DNA of 64,000 bases from Eimeria praecox. Lineage: Eukaryota. The translations under genes and the position numbers were made by a program. This document shows, piece by piece, positions 26,551-40,100 of this stretch. Below the pieces are notes generated by a model. The model had not been told where the DNA came from. It searched no databases and saw only the letters and a list, made by a program, of their open reading frames with translations. Where the stretch lies: the NCBI GenBank assembly GCA_963920595.1, contig OY986946.1, forward strand, positions 248,001-312,000, written 5' to 3'. Numbering within the stretch: the stretch's first letter is position 1; the number at the start of each line of letters is the position of its first letter.

Positions 26551-28473
26551 GCCCTGCGTTGATTACGCCATGCGAGTACCAGGTTCCACGTAGGACTCAG
26601 CTCTTCGGCTTACGGCGACAGCATCTCCACATCCGCTCCCCCAACGATTTCCTACCCCTCCTAAACCAACACGATCAGAGGGCTTCCAATTTGGCCTTGG
26701 CACGGCAAACTGCCAGAGAAATTTCCCGAGACAAGCTCACAGACCAACTGTGCTGCAAAGCACCCGTCTTAGCTGCGGTTCGGCGCAGTTGGTCGGTCAG
26801 GCTGGGTCTTAAACGCCTCGCATACACTTTTATTACCTTTTGCATAGTGCTGGTGGACTGTGGCATGAATCAGCCAGATCAGCGGGCGTACAGGCTAAGC
26901 AAGTGACTTCGTTGCAGCACCCACAATATTCCACACTGCAAGGTGCAAGATGCACCAACCCACAGCAGTACAGCGTCATCCTTGACCTATCGAAATTAAG
27001 GGAAGGCATCTACTAAGCTATTGCCGCTCTCTGCCGATGCAGTATCATCGTCTAGTTGCCCTGCCATTGCATATTTATCTACATGGAATGCTCAGGACAG
27101 GCCCCAGAAGATCATGCAGCTCACCTCCTGTGAGGCACCGCATCTACTGCGTCCCACCATACACCGTAAATGCAACCGCTGGTCTACGCTCCAAAGTACA
27201 TAGGCAGCTCAAGTCACGGCATAGACAGCTCACAGCAGAGACCGTACGCACAATCTGTGAAATAGCAAGGTGTGTTCACGGCGTGCTGTAAGTGTCTACT
27301 GTTACCCACCATACGCTGTGCATGTACCGTCTTGCTCTTGCCAGCCTTCTTTTGTGAGAAAGCATAAGTTGCTCAAACCACCGGTGTTCATACTTAGTCG
27401 ACACGGGCCATCCTGCGCACTTTCTGTGATGCACGACACATAATATTGCCATACAGCATATGCCGTGAACGCACACTGTTCTCCTGTACAAGCATGCATT
27501 CCAAAACCCAGTGGTGCTAAAATTTGCCGCTGTTTCATAAAGCAAACGTCGCTCAAACCATCCGCAAGCGTAGGCAGGCCGCAGGAACCCTTGAAGCTTG
27601 TCTTGTGTGAAACACCGCATCTGCTATCACTCACATTACATCGCGAACGCTCTTCTTCCTCCATTTACAAACGCCCATTCCCATATTCAGTGGCCTCAGT
27701 CCTGGCCTCTGCTCTAGGACGCAAACCTAGCACTAGCCACAGGCATGGGGTAGGACACCTCAAACGAGAGGTATGCACAGAGATGTTGCAGCAGGCAGCG
27801 ATACCCACCTCCTGTTGCAGCCAGTATGCAATCGCTGCACTCAACCTAGAATTGCGACAAACGTGCCTTCAAGTACGGAATCTACGTCCTGATGCTTCGA
27901 ATGCAATAGCTAGATTCCGATATGATCCAAGCATACTCCCCGCCTGCTGTGTCTTCCATGGCGTCGATTTCTATCCTGGCTGATGACTCCTGCCTCAGAT
28001 TTGAAGTCTGTGCACGCCCGCATCTCGTCGCATTTTCCTTCAGCCTGCTTGCAAACGGCTACAGGGCAATTCATGGCGGCAGAGCAAATGCGCGGTGTAC
28101 CCTCCGTAGCGGCGAAGGACTGTTATGGAATAAAAGTGTATTCAAATTTTATACGTGCTCAAGCATTCCGTAAGAGGCTTTCGGAGCCATAACGGTGTAG
28201 TCAATCCGTATGCCGGGGCACACGTGCATCTACAATGAGTTGGCCATGCTCAGGGGGCCAAGTGCTTTTGAGTCCCCGTTTCCTTCTACATCCGCCTATG
28301 CTTCTCAACACAAAGCTTTATCTGCCTTCACACTACCCTCATACGCGAATGCATGCACAACAATGGCTCAAACAGGATGCATTCCCCCAACATATCTCAG
28401 CGGTTTTTCACAGCCCTTACTCCAATTATTTCAGCACCTCCACTGCTGTCAGTTCAAACGATTCGCGTACTTT
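26551..28473 (-). CDS. Candidate micro-exons: AAA 28471, GAG 27809, AAA 27421, ATT 27252, GAG 27125, CCT 26892, GGC 26551 (a broken site lies at ~27603)
   Basis: All show YAG|NNN|GTR. The stretch 27605-27740 is recognisably homologous to the 1,475-bp array intron (gtgaaacacc...cctctgctc...gcaaacctagcac). Confidence 0.5.
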
Positions 28474-31400
28474 CTGGACACCACAGCATGCCCTTATACG
28501 AGAAACGATTCATACACCACACCTGCGCATGAGCCCACTTGACGTGCATTTGCCTCCCTGCGAAAAGCTTCCAACACACAGAAGCTGCTTGCACGTCCAA
28601 AGCCCAACACCGTCCAATGTGGCAAGCGGGTCAGCCTAGTATTAACTGGTGATGCCAATCCGTGACAGCAAGGAGCGGAAAGCGATCGAATACTCATAGT
28701 ACACTAACCGCCTATATTCGCGTGAAGACCAAGCTTTTCGGCAAATGTTGCATCAAGCGGCCACGACCCCTCAAACTGCTTAGTGCACGCTCAGTCAAGC
28801 AGGCCCATTAACATTAGCCCCCTAAAACAGATCACTGTGCGTGCCACTTACGGCCCCGCGACCGTCACAAAGGGATCCTGGCTGCCGTTAATGCCTGGTA
28901 CCGCGCTATGAGGAGCCTGTGGCACCCACTTCCTGCAGCAGTTTGTAGTGCCAGATTCAGTCCTGCAAATGCCAAAGGATGCGCCGCAGCACGCAGCCTT
29001 CTGATCAACAGACAAGCGCACTACCAAGGCAAAAAAGGATCCCCTTCTGCTTCCGCCATGTGTACGCTCCCTTCCACTAAGACGCATGCACCTGAACACG
29101 CAGCTGCACTTATCTTCATACTACGGGCAAGCCACCAGGAACGCAGCGTAATGACTCCGACCAGATGCGTAGCCTAAGCACGTCTCACAGTCGCTGCACG
29201 CACGGCGTCCTGCAACCATCAAGCCACAGCACACGCACAACTGCTAATACAATCCATGTGCATACTTCCTGGTCCGCACAGCAAACAGTTGCAAGAAAAA
29301 GTCGTTGTCACGCCGCATCTTCGCAGGACCTCGCTTACGCTGCTTTCGCTCCCAAAATACGTAACATACACGCCAATCGATTCTGTGTACAGCCCCTGCA
29401 CACAATTCGCGATTCCCCAAATTCGGTGACAGCCATCCCACGAAGATGGTGGCTCTGCTGGATATCGATTAATAGCTGCCACTTTTGAGAAGCCGACGAT
29501 ATGCTATAAACAAACAAAGCGTGAGAAAAGACACTCACGTGCCGAACACGGGATCATGTACACCGTGGCGCAGGCTGTAGCGTGCACGTGCGGTCCACCT
29601 TCGACAGCGGGACAAAGAGCACCGTCGGTTGTCAACAACGCATATGCTAAATGCGTGTAGTGGAGAGCAAAGCATGTAGGCTCGTCTCACCAGGCCATGC
29701 ACCTGCCCATACTATATGTTCTCTTCCTTAGGCATACACATGTAGAGCGATTCTCCCGACCGAGTCGCTGCCCTCACCCGCCCATGAACCGTCCAGACAT
29801 ACGGAACCTCACATGCGCCACACCTGGGCTGTGCAACGCTGCTCGGATATCCCTTTACATTGGTCACGCAACAGCTGTTAGTGGCAGGGATTCCCCATCA
29901 AAAGCTAATCAAAACTCCGGAAAGCACCTCCTTCTGAAGAATACAAAGGGCGTGCGCTGTTATAAGCTAGGAATCACTCCTTGGTCTTCAGTCTGCACGT
30001 TTCTCTGAATGGAAGTGCATAAATGCATACATCTGAGCTGTGATCCCTACCTGCACTCACACACCCCACACAATACGGTGCAGCTAGAACGACGATTAGC
30101 CAAAAATGCATACCCTCAGTATCCCCCAAACGTGCCAGTCCGCATGCTGGCCGCTTCCTTCCGAGCAATTTCCCAGCTGTCCGTTGCAGTATGCGCATAC
30201 TTGCTGGGGGATGTGGACGTCAACCCAGCAAATAAAGGGAAAGCGATATCAAACACTGGAGATGTGTGAAGATGAACAGTGTGAACTGCATGCGCCTTCG
30301 GTGAAGGGAACATGCACTCAAACCAGCCTTCGAACGACAAGCAGAGAACACCACCATACAGTGCCCCAAACTAGAGCCAACCGCCTGCATTATACTCTCC
30401 TCGTTCCTTCGTGTTAACCAATAAATGAGCAATGAGATAGAGCTACAGGCTTCGCGCCGTTTTGTGAGCGTGCCATAAGTATTTAACCAGCTTGCGCTTG
30501 CCGCACTGTCAGCCTTGCCCCGCCCTTCTCCATATCCATCCCCTACAAAACAAGTGCCACCTTACACAGCCAGGCGGGCCTTCAATCGTAATGAAGGCTT
30601 GACACAAATCACCGCGTAGTTGTCGCTGTTTCCTACTACGTACTGCGCTGGACAAACACTGCCTTAACAACTCACTAAAACCATTTGCAATATTAGACTC
30701 CTAGTAGATATCGACGGCAGACGCGCCCAAACCAGATCGAACTCCCACTTTTCCTCACGCTGCAACTACATAATTCTTCACGCGTGCAAATATATATCAA
30801 CGCCTGCCACCAGCCGGCTAGAAAGCTAGCGGCGCCCATAAACGTGCCAGGCAGAAGTGCTTACTTCCTGGGTAAAACAGCGAGCGACCATACAGCCAAA
30901 GAAGCCGTCTCTACACTGCGCCCTTCAACGCGAGTACGCAAACTGCATAACCCCACGATGCTCACGCATGCAGGTACCCCACATATCCACGAAATAATGC
31001 GTTTTCTCGTACTAGCGAAGGGGGTTGATTTCACCTGGGCAGCCTGATCAATTCCACCTTCAACACCAAATGCAAATTGTGCAGCTGGCTCCAAGGGGCG
31101 TTATTGCCGAATTCTGCTGCTTTTGAAGGCCAGCAAACACCTAAAATGCTTAGGCTCTCCGACAAACAACGTACGTATAGACAGAAAGCCTGCTTTTTGT
31201 CTACCTGTGCTTACTTGGTTGGGTCGCTCTGAATGCTTTGTCGTGGGATGCCTTGTTCAGTCAAAGACTAGCAATACACTCATAAATTGCAACTTGGCCG
31301 AACACAAAGGCATTTAAATAGGGACGCCCAAACAGAATCACCCCTATGCAGTACAGGTTTGGGGTGCGCATTCCCCTATCCAATAAAGCGCATTCCTTAT

Positions 31401-33224
31401 TTTGCACTTCATATATGCAGACCTACGTCCTGCGTTTATTAAGCATCACAAGCCCCTGATCCAGCCTAGGGCTCCGCATTTCACCCTGCGACGCAGCATG
31501 TCCACATCCACTCCCCCCAAGGTCTTCGATGACGCACCTACGGCACAAGATGCCTCCAACTTCAGTCTTGATGGCCAAACCATCTAGTCCACACAGCCAA
31601 TGCAGCTTTCCGTAAACACGCGCCTTGATCAGGCTCGTTACAAAACGGTTGCCTCCAGTGCAGGCTTGCAGAGGCAGGTGGCCATGCTGTATCCTCAAAT
31701 ACGCATTGCATAATGGTGATTGACCGTCAGCGGGCGTCATCCAAACTAGCGCGCTTACAGGCTAGGCAAATAACGTCGTTGCAGGAACCAAGTGCCATGC
31801 TGCAAGGTTGATATCCCATCAGATCACAGCGCCAACCACAATTCGTGAAATACCGAAATCACGGGAACGAGTGCCCCAGCGCATCAGCGCTGCGCATGCA
31901 GTCTCATTGGCTAGTTGCCCCGACAGCGCGTATTATTCTATATTGAATACTCCAGCAGTGACTGCATCTAAGCACTGCGCAGACAAACTAATGCTTGAAA
32001 CGTATCCTTCGCAAGCGTTTCGGGGCGCTTCAGGCTCCACAATCGCAGGCCTTTCTTCGCTTCTCTCACGGGCAAAATCAAATCAAAGTTGGTTGGGCAA
32101 TCACCAGATTAGTGGTGCTGTCAGCTTACAAGCTATCGCAAAAACAAGTGGCAGGCCACTCAGCTATCGCTGTAAAATCTACTGTGTGACGGCAGTTCCG
32201 CAATCTTAATGAGCCAGCATGAACCCAGTCCAAACCGTGCTCCCGCTGAACTCCGATATGCACCGGCTCCTTGCCTGCCTCACGGCTACGAACATGCACA
32301 GCCTCTTGACCTCCGGTTTCGTAAACCACTATTCGCGCAGTTGAACACAGCTTCGTAAACGAACGCATGGCTTCCCTTGTTTGGGGGTCCGTTGGTTGGT
32401 CAATTTGAACCCGCTGTATATGGGCTGGAACCCTCACGCTTGAGTACGCTTGTGGCCTCTGCGTGTCGCGCTCAGAATATTGCAGTCAGGCGTGCGCCTC
32501 AAGGCTGACCATCTCTATACGTTCTGGCACTTGCACGCTTGCGCAAGGCATGTGTTGTTTCGGTAACGTGCACAGATGCTTGACGGTGTACGTAAAAGCC
32601 CATTCGCAGTTGCCAGCCGGTGAATAAGCCACCAGAAATACGGCATCCGAGCACGGGCATGCTCTAACCCATCCAGAAGGGTTCGAAAGGGCCGTCATCG
32701 CCCTTCCGACTGTCTTGGTATCCTTATTCAAATTCTCGGCACCTGCCCTGATAGGCTGTAAGGCATTTTTCAAACAAAAGCTCGGCCAGTTGTTGATACG
32801 TTTAATAAATCGAAAACGTGAGCGTCACGCTCTTCACGAATGGCGGCACGTCAATCCCTGTCCAATAAAGCACTTTCTATATTCTGCCCGCCGTACGTGA
32901 GAATCCTCTCCCTGCGCTAACCAGGTACCAGGAGCAACAGACCCTTACTTGGGCTCCGCACTTCGGCCTACGGCGGTAGCACGTCCACACTCGCTTCGCT
33001 CAAGGTCTTCGATGACGACTCGGCAACTCCGGGAGCGTCTACATTTATGATTGATTCATGATGGTAACCAGAGGGTGTTTTCGTATAGGCACGTGGCTCG
33101 ACCAAATCAATTATGCTGCAAACTGCTTATCTCCAACGTGGGCTGGGGTAGGCAGTCGGCCATGTTGAGTCCTTTTACACTTCGCATATGGCTGATCGGC
33201 TTCCAGGTGTATCAATGTACGTAC

Positions 33225-34180
33225 AGGCTAGACCAGTGACGTCGCTGGGAGAATAGCTATATTTCTTGTTGCAAGGTACAGACTGCACGAACACGCAGCA
33301 TTAAGCATCACTTTTGAAATACTGAAAACAAGGGAGCGAGTGCATTAGGACATCGGCACTGCAGATGCAGTTTCTTTGCTAGTGTTCCATATGAGATACT
33401 GCAGCGTGTTCAACACGGCACGCATGTTGAACACGTTCAATCGCTGCGCAGAAGCGCTGACAGTCCATGTGTTGTGGTTTTGAATGGCTTCCGTGCAGCC
33501 TCAACCTTCACGACCGTGGACTGGTTTTAAAGTCCCCAGAAGGTATAATTGGTTTCGGTTGGGCAGCCACGAGGCTACTAGTGGTGCCAGCTTACAGGCT
33601 ATGACAGAAGCACGTGGCAGCTCATTCCTCTATCATTCCAGCATCTTTTACTGTGTGGCAAAAACGTGGCACAACCTTATGAGACTGGCGCAAACGAAGA
33701 CCAGGCGGCTGGAGAATTAAGGCAAGCATAAGCGCTTTGCTAGCCTCATGGCCACGCCAGTGCACAGCACTTTGAACTCCTGTGTCATTAACACTATTTT
33801 CAAGCCATGCGGATTGGAACGCGGCTTGGCATAAGAAAGCAAAATGTATCTATTCCTGTGGGCCGCTTTGCTCACAGTTAATCTGCTTTCTGCACTTTTT
33901 AATCCTACTCTTGAATGCACTTGGGCTCTCTGCTTGGAACGCGAGGAATACTGCAGCCGTATAAGCCCCCCCAGCAGATTCAGCTGCTTGCCAATTAGTT
34001 CGTTAAACAGACGAGCCATCCTTTGCCCGTTGGGAAACTCACCCACTGTAAAACGAAGAACGCAGGGTACAGGCATCGGAATTTCACTATTTGCAGTTGT
34101 TCGAACATCGCCTCTGACAGTTCTGGTCTCTACAAGCTCCAGAGTCCAAAATGCTGTTGCGAAATTTTTCTGCATACTGG
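33225..34180 (-). CDS. Candidate micro-exons CCA 34178, TGG 34043, CCT 33596 and CCT 33225 (P-W-P-P); repeated at +10335
   Basis: cttCAG|CCA|GTATGC, tttaCAG|TGG|GTGAGT, gtcaTAG|CCT|GTAAGC and gtcTAG|CCT|GTACGT. Confidence 0.6.
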
Positions 34181-37100
34181 CTGAAGAGGTAAGTGCATTG
34201 TTCATCGGAGATGTACGCATTCCACTGGCAGGTTCAGTTCGGTATGGCTCTGCTGGAATCCCCATGAACGAGCACAGGCTGATTCAGAGGATCCCCAGTG
34301 TAATCGTTCCCGCCACAACGAATGCCACCCAATCGGCTCAAAAATCTGGAAGAACAAACCTTTCGAAAGCAGTCCCTCGTATGCAGTGTTTTCTGCTTAC
34401 ACGTCCGTCCGAGCATTATGCCTTGTCTTTGGGCATGCTCTGCAGAGTCCAGCAACTTAACGTAACGCAAAAACTATGAAGACCCCCGTAAAGACCAAGG
34501 CGTCTAGCCGGGGACCAGGTGCGTGCAAGGTAAACATACAGTCTGGCCCATTCGGGTCTTCAAAATGATAGGCGATCTTGGCTGTTCCGACACTTCGAAT
34601 GCTCATGAAGCTGCGTGGGCTCTGAGAATTGTAGCCACGGCCGCGGCGTTGCTCACAAATGTCAGAGCCGTTTACATGACGGTACGGCAAAGCATCATTC
34701 CTGAGAAATCGGGGACACTGGATCGAATATCCTTGGACACCGGCATTGCAGATGCAGTTTAGCTGGCTACTTGTCCACTCATGTTGTACTACTCTCAGAA
34801 GGATTAGCCACAGCCTTTTGCGTTCAACCGCTGCGGCAAATTGGTGGCGTTTGAAGTGCGTGTTCTAAACGCTTTCCAACCTGTACTACCACAGGACCTT
34901 TACACTATTCAAGCAGGCTCACTTAGACTGGGTTGGGCAGGCAAGAATTTTTGCATGGTGGCGGCTCACCGTCTATGTCCAAAACGAGTGACTTGTGCCT
35001 TTAGTTCACCACTCCAGCGCCAGCCGTACTACAGAGCTAGACCAACCTTATCGGACAGAAACAAACACAAGCCAGGCTACCGCCGCACCGCAACGCATGA
35101 ACGCCGCGCTCCGTTCACGGCAACGCTAATGCAAAGCAGCCAGAGCTCCCCCATAGCTACACACGGTTCGCAATCCTTGCTTGGCGGAGCACTGAATGGA
35201 CAGGAAGCAAATAGTGCCTCTCCTTCTGGCATCCTCTCCTCACGCTGAGCATGCCTTCTACGTATTGGTACTCTTACACGCGTTTGCATTCTCTGCCCGG
35301 CACGCGCAGACTACTGCAGATATACACGTATGCCCCCTCCGTTGCTCCAGTAGCCTGCCAATCAGTTCAATAGTCCTGATCCATGCACTTCTCCAAAATG
35401 CTCCAAAATGGTATAGAGAGGCCAGCTCGAACCCCATATCAAATATTGATGCACAAGGCAACTCGGCACCCTCTCCCAGAGAACCTTTGCATAACGATGT
35501 ACAGCTGCAACACCAGCGAACCGCACCAGCTGTAACCCACCGTAAGACACGAGCGCCTGAACGGAATCGCTGATTTGTGCCTGACTGACGATCGCCTCTC
35601 ACATTACCTGTGGAATGTTGGTAAGCATACCATGCCTTTCTGCCCTGCTACAGGTGAAACAACGCTGATGCATGCGTATAGATATCCTGTTGAAGTACGC
35701 CCACCTGCGGTGCTGGCTGATGGCTTCTCCGCAGCGACGAAACGTACTGCTAAAACAAAGTGCGTACTGGCTAAACAGATAGTCGCGAATAGCCGAAACG
35801 CATTCCAGCAGGTTGGGTGGTCGAAATATTTGGTGGTTTTTTCAACACACGTAAGCCCAAACCTGCCTGCTGTGTGGCTGCAAAAAGCATGAATGTGTTG
35901 CTTAGTTTAAGGCTATAAAGGTGGAATGCCGACAGAACTCCTGCGTAGTCACACAGTATTGGCAATCCCTCCGTAGTGAACCACAGCTTGCTCAGGAGGC
36001 ATAATGCGTCTCTTCTTTCGGCTTCCTTTGCGGGAAATGAGTATCCATTTCACACGTTGGCACGCCTAGGTTTGACGTCGCGTCAGGGTTTTCTCCTTTC
36101 CAGTCAGTTCTCGCTCCAGCACCTTGCATTAGGAGATCGCGTTGGAATGCTTCAACAGACAGCTGCGAAAAGAAGCCGGTTTTCCACCAGACTACAAGAA
36201 GCATCAAAGCTCTGATTGAGTACAGGGTCACGCCAATGAAAGCCCCTTGAATTCCCTTGTCTCGCTAAATACGCATAATTGACAATCCATGTGTAGGGGA
36301 GCACAGCTTGGTAAGGAGCCGAGTGGCATCTCTTCTTGTGGGTCCATTTGCTCAACATAAATCTGCTGCCTACGAAACGATACGTTTTCTCTTCAATCCG
36401 CCTGTGGTCTCTGAGTGTCACACCAAGGCTACGCTAAGCACATATAAGCACCCAAGCGAATCGTCGCTCTACGCACTGGCACTCTAAATACGCTTACAAT
36501 GAGAGTGCTGTTTCTGAGACGCACGTGCCACCTGTCCTCTATTGCAGTCATGCCCAGCAGACCATTCACCGTTTCCACCCAGTAAATGAGGAGTCTGACC
36601 TATGGCAACAGATTAAGGCCAACCCGTGCCTACAGCCCCTGTTGAGGCTTTCGTACGGGAGCATATCCGCCGCCTGCTGCCCTTCAGACTGTTTCGCCTC
36701 CGTTTACAGATTCGCTGCATCCGTCCTGATTGTTCCGAGGCACTGGCAAGGCAGAATGCGGCCATCCACTGATACGCTTAGCACTTGGCTACAGTGAGCA
36801 TCGCGCTCTAACAGGTTTGACCCTATGCGGGCCTCCCTCTCGAACACAGATTCTGTTTGACGTTGTGATTCATATATGCGGACCCACGCCCTGCGTTGAT
36901 TACGCCATGCGAGTACCAGGTTCCACGTAGGACTCAGCTCTTCGGCTTACGGCGACAGCATCTCCACATCCGCTCCCCCAACGATTTCCTACCCCTCCTA
37001 AACCAACACGATCAGAGGGCTTCCAATTTGGCCTTGGCACGGCAAACTGCCAGAGAAATTTCCCGAGACAAGCTCACAGACCAACTGTGCTGCAAAGCAC

Positions 37101-40100
37101 CCGTCTTAGCTGCGGTTCGGCGCAGTTGGTCGGTCAGGCTGGGTCTTAAACGCCTCGCATACACTTTTATTACCTTTTGCATAGTGCTGGTGGACTGTGG
37201 CATGAATCAGCCAGATCAGCGGGCGTACAGGCTAAGCAAGTGACTTCGTTGCAGCACCCACAATATTCCACACTGCAAGGTGCAAGATGCACCAACCCAC
37301 AGCAGTACAGCGTCATCCTTGACCTATCGAAATTAAGGGAAGGCATCTACTAAGCTATTGCCGCTCTCTGCCGATGCAGTATCATCGTCTAGTTGCCCTG
37401 CCATTGCATATTTATCTACATGGAATGCTCAGGACAGGCCCCAGAAGATCATGCAGCTCACCTCCTGTGAGGCACCGCATCTACTGCGTCCCACCATACA
37501 CCGTAAATGCAACCGCTGGTCTACGCTCCAAAGTACATAGGCAGCTCAAGTCACGGCATAGACAGCTCACAGCAGAGACCGTACGCACAATCTGTGAAAT
37601 AGCAAGGTGTGTTCACGGCGTGCTGTAAGTGTCTACTGTTACCCACCATACGCTGTGCATGTACCGTCTTGCTCTTGCCAGCCTTCTTTTGTGAGAAAGC
37701 ATAAGTTGCTCAAACCACCGGTGTTCATACTTAGTCGACACGGGCCATCCTGCGCACTTTCTGTGATGCACGACACATAATACTGCCATACAGCATATGC
37801 CGTGAACGCACACTGTTCTCCTATACAAGCATGCATTCCAAAACCCAGTGGCTAAAATTTGCCGCTGTTTCATAAAGCAAACGCCGCTCAAACCATCCGC
37901 AAGCGTAGGCAGGCCGCAGGAACCCTTGAAGCTTGTCTTGTGTGAAACACCGCATCTGCTATCACTCACATTACATCGCGAACGCTCTTCTTCCTCCATT
38001 TACAAACGCCCATTCCCATATTCAGTGGCCTCAGTCCTGGCCTCTGCTCTAGGACGCAAACCTAGCACTAGCCACAGGCATGGGGTAGGACACCTCAAAC
38101 GAGAGGTATGCACAGAGATGTTGCAGCAGGCAGCGATACCCACCTCCTGTTGCAGCCAGTATACAATCGCTGCACTCAACCTAGAATTGCGACAAACGTG
38201 CCTTCAAGTACGGAATCTACGTCCTGATGCTTCGAATGCAATAGCTAGATCCCGATATGATCCAAGCATACTCCCCGCCTGCTGTGTCTTCCATGGCGTC
38301 GATTTCTATCCTGGCTGATGACTCCTGCCTCAGATTTGAAGTCTGTGCACGCCCGCATCTCGTCGCATTTTCCTTCAGCCTGCTTGCAAACGGCTACAGG
38401 GCAATTCATGGCGGCAGAGCAAATGCGCGGTGTACCCTCCGTAGCGGCGAAGGACTGTTATGGAATAAAAGTGTATTCAAATTTTATACGTGCTCAAGCA
38501 TTCCGTAAGAGGCTTTCGGAGCCATAACGGTGTAGTCAATCCGTATGCCGGGGCACACGTGCATCTACAATGAGTTGGCCATGCTCAGGGGGCCAAGTGC
38601 TTTTGAGTCCCCGTTTCCTTCTACATTCGCCTATGCTTCTCAACACAAAGCTTTATCTGCCTTCACACTACCCTCATACGCGAATGCATGCACAACAATG
38701 GCTCAAACAGGATGCATTCCCCCAACATATCTCAGCGGTTCTTCACAGCCCTTACTCCAATTATTTCAGCACCTCCACTGCTGTCAGTTCAAACGATTCG
38801 CGTACTTTCTGGACACCACAGCATGCCCTTATACGAGAAACGATTCATACACCACACCTGCGCATGAGCCCACTTGACGTGCATTTGCCTCCCTGCGAAA
38901 AGCTTCCAACACACAGAAGCTGCTTGCACCTCCAAAGCCCAACACCGTCCAATGTGGCAAGCGGGTCAGCCTAGTATTAACTGGTGATGCCAATCCGTGA
39001 CAGCAAGGAGCGGAAAGCGATCGAATACTCATAGTACACTAACCGCCTATATTCGCGTGAAGACCAAGCTTTTCGGCAAATGTTGCACCAAGCGGCCACG
39101 ACCCCTCAAACTGCTTAGTGCACGCTCAGTCAAGCAGGCCCATTAACATTATCCCCCTAAACCAGATCACTGTGCGTGCCACTTACGGCCCCGCGACCGT
39201 CACAAAAGGATCCTGGCTGCCGTTAATGCCTGGTACCGCGCTATGAGGAGCCTGTGGCACCCACTTCCTGCAGCAGTTTGTAATGCCAGATTCAGTCCTG
39301 CAAATGCCAAAGGATGCGCCGCAGCACGCAGCCTTCTGATCAACAGACAAGCGCACTACCAAGGCAAAAAAGGATCCCCTTCTGCTTCCGCCATGTGTAC
39401 GCTCCCTTCCACTAAGACGCATGCACCTGAACACGCAACTGCACTTATCTTCATACTACGGGCAAGCCACCAGGAACGCAGCGTAATGACTCCGACCAGA
39501 TGCGTAGCCTAAGCACGTCTCACAGTCGCTGCACGCACGGCGTCCTGCAACCATCAAGCCACAGCACACGCACAACTGCTAATACAATCCATGTGCATAC
39601 TTCCTGGTCCGCACAGCAAACAGTTGCAAGAAAAAGTCGTTGTCACGCCGCATCTTCGCAGGACCTCGCTTACGCTGCTTTCGCTCCCAAAATACGTAAC
39701 ATACACGCCAATCGATTCTGTGTACAGCCCCTGCACACAATTCGCGATTCCCCAAATTCGGTGACAGCCATCCCACGAAGATGGTGGCTCTGCTGGATAT
39801 CGATTAATAGCTGCCACTTTTGAGAAGCCGACGATATGCTATAAACAAACAAAGCGTGAGAAAAGACACTCACGTGCCGAACACGGGATCATGTACACCG
39901 TGGCGCAGGCTGTAGCGTGCACGTGCGGTCCACCTTCGACAGCGGGACAAAGAGCACCGTCGGTTGTCAACAACGCATATGCTAAATGCGTGTAGTGGAG
40001 AGCAAAGCATGTAGGCTCGTCTCACCAGGCCATGCACCTGCCCATACTATATGTTCTCTTCCTTAGGCATACACATGTAGAGCGATTCTCCCGACCGAGT

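Noticed and set aside
26559..26906. Apparent + strand protein family ending in 'AYRLxK*' (also ~21.7, 23.1, 33.2, 58.5 and 60.6 kb)
   Set aside because: Upstream frames are broken by stops and frameshifts in different places in each copy. The conserved ending is better explained as the antisense of TAG|CCT|GTACGC.
33405..33435. 11-bp hairpin cgtgttcaaca/tgttgaacacg
   Set aside because: It is short, absent from the diverged paralogs, and has no U-tract or other context suggesting function.
33844..34479. Longest ORFs (211 aa on +, with an overlapping 182 aa on -; repeated at 44.1 kb)
   Set aside because: No recognisable domain, not preserved in the paralogous modules at 23.7-24.1 and 55.7-56.3 kb, and the length is within chance range.
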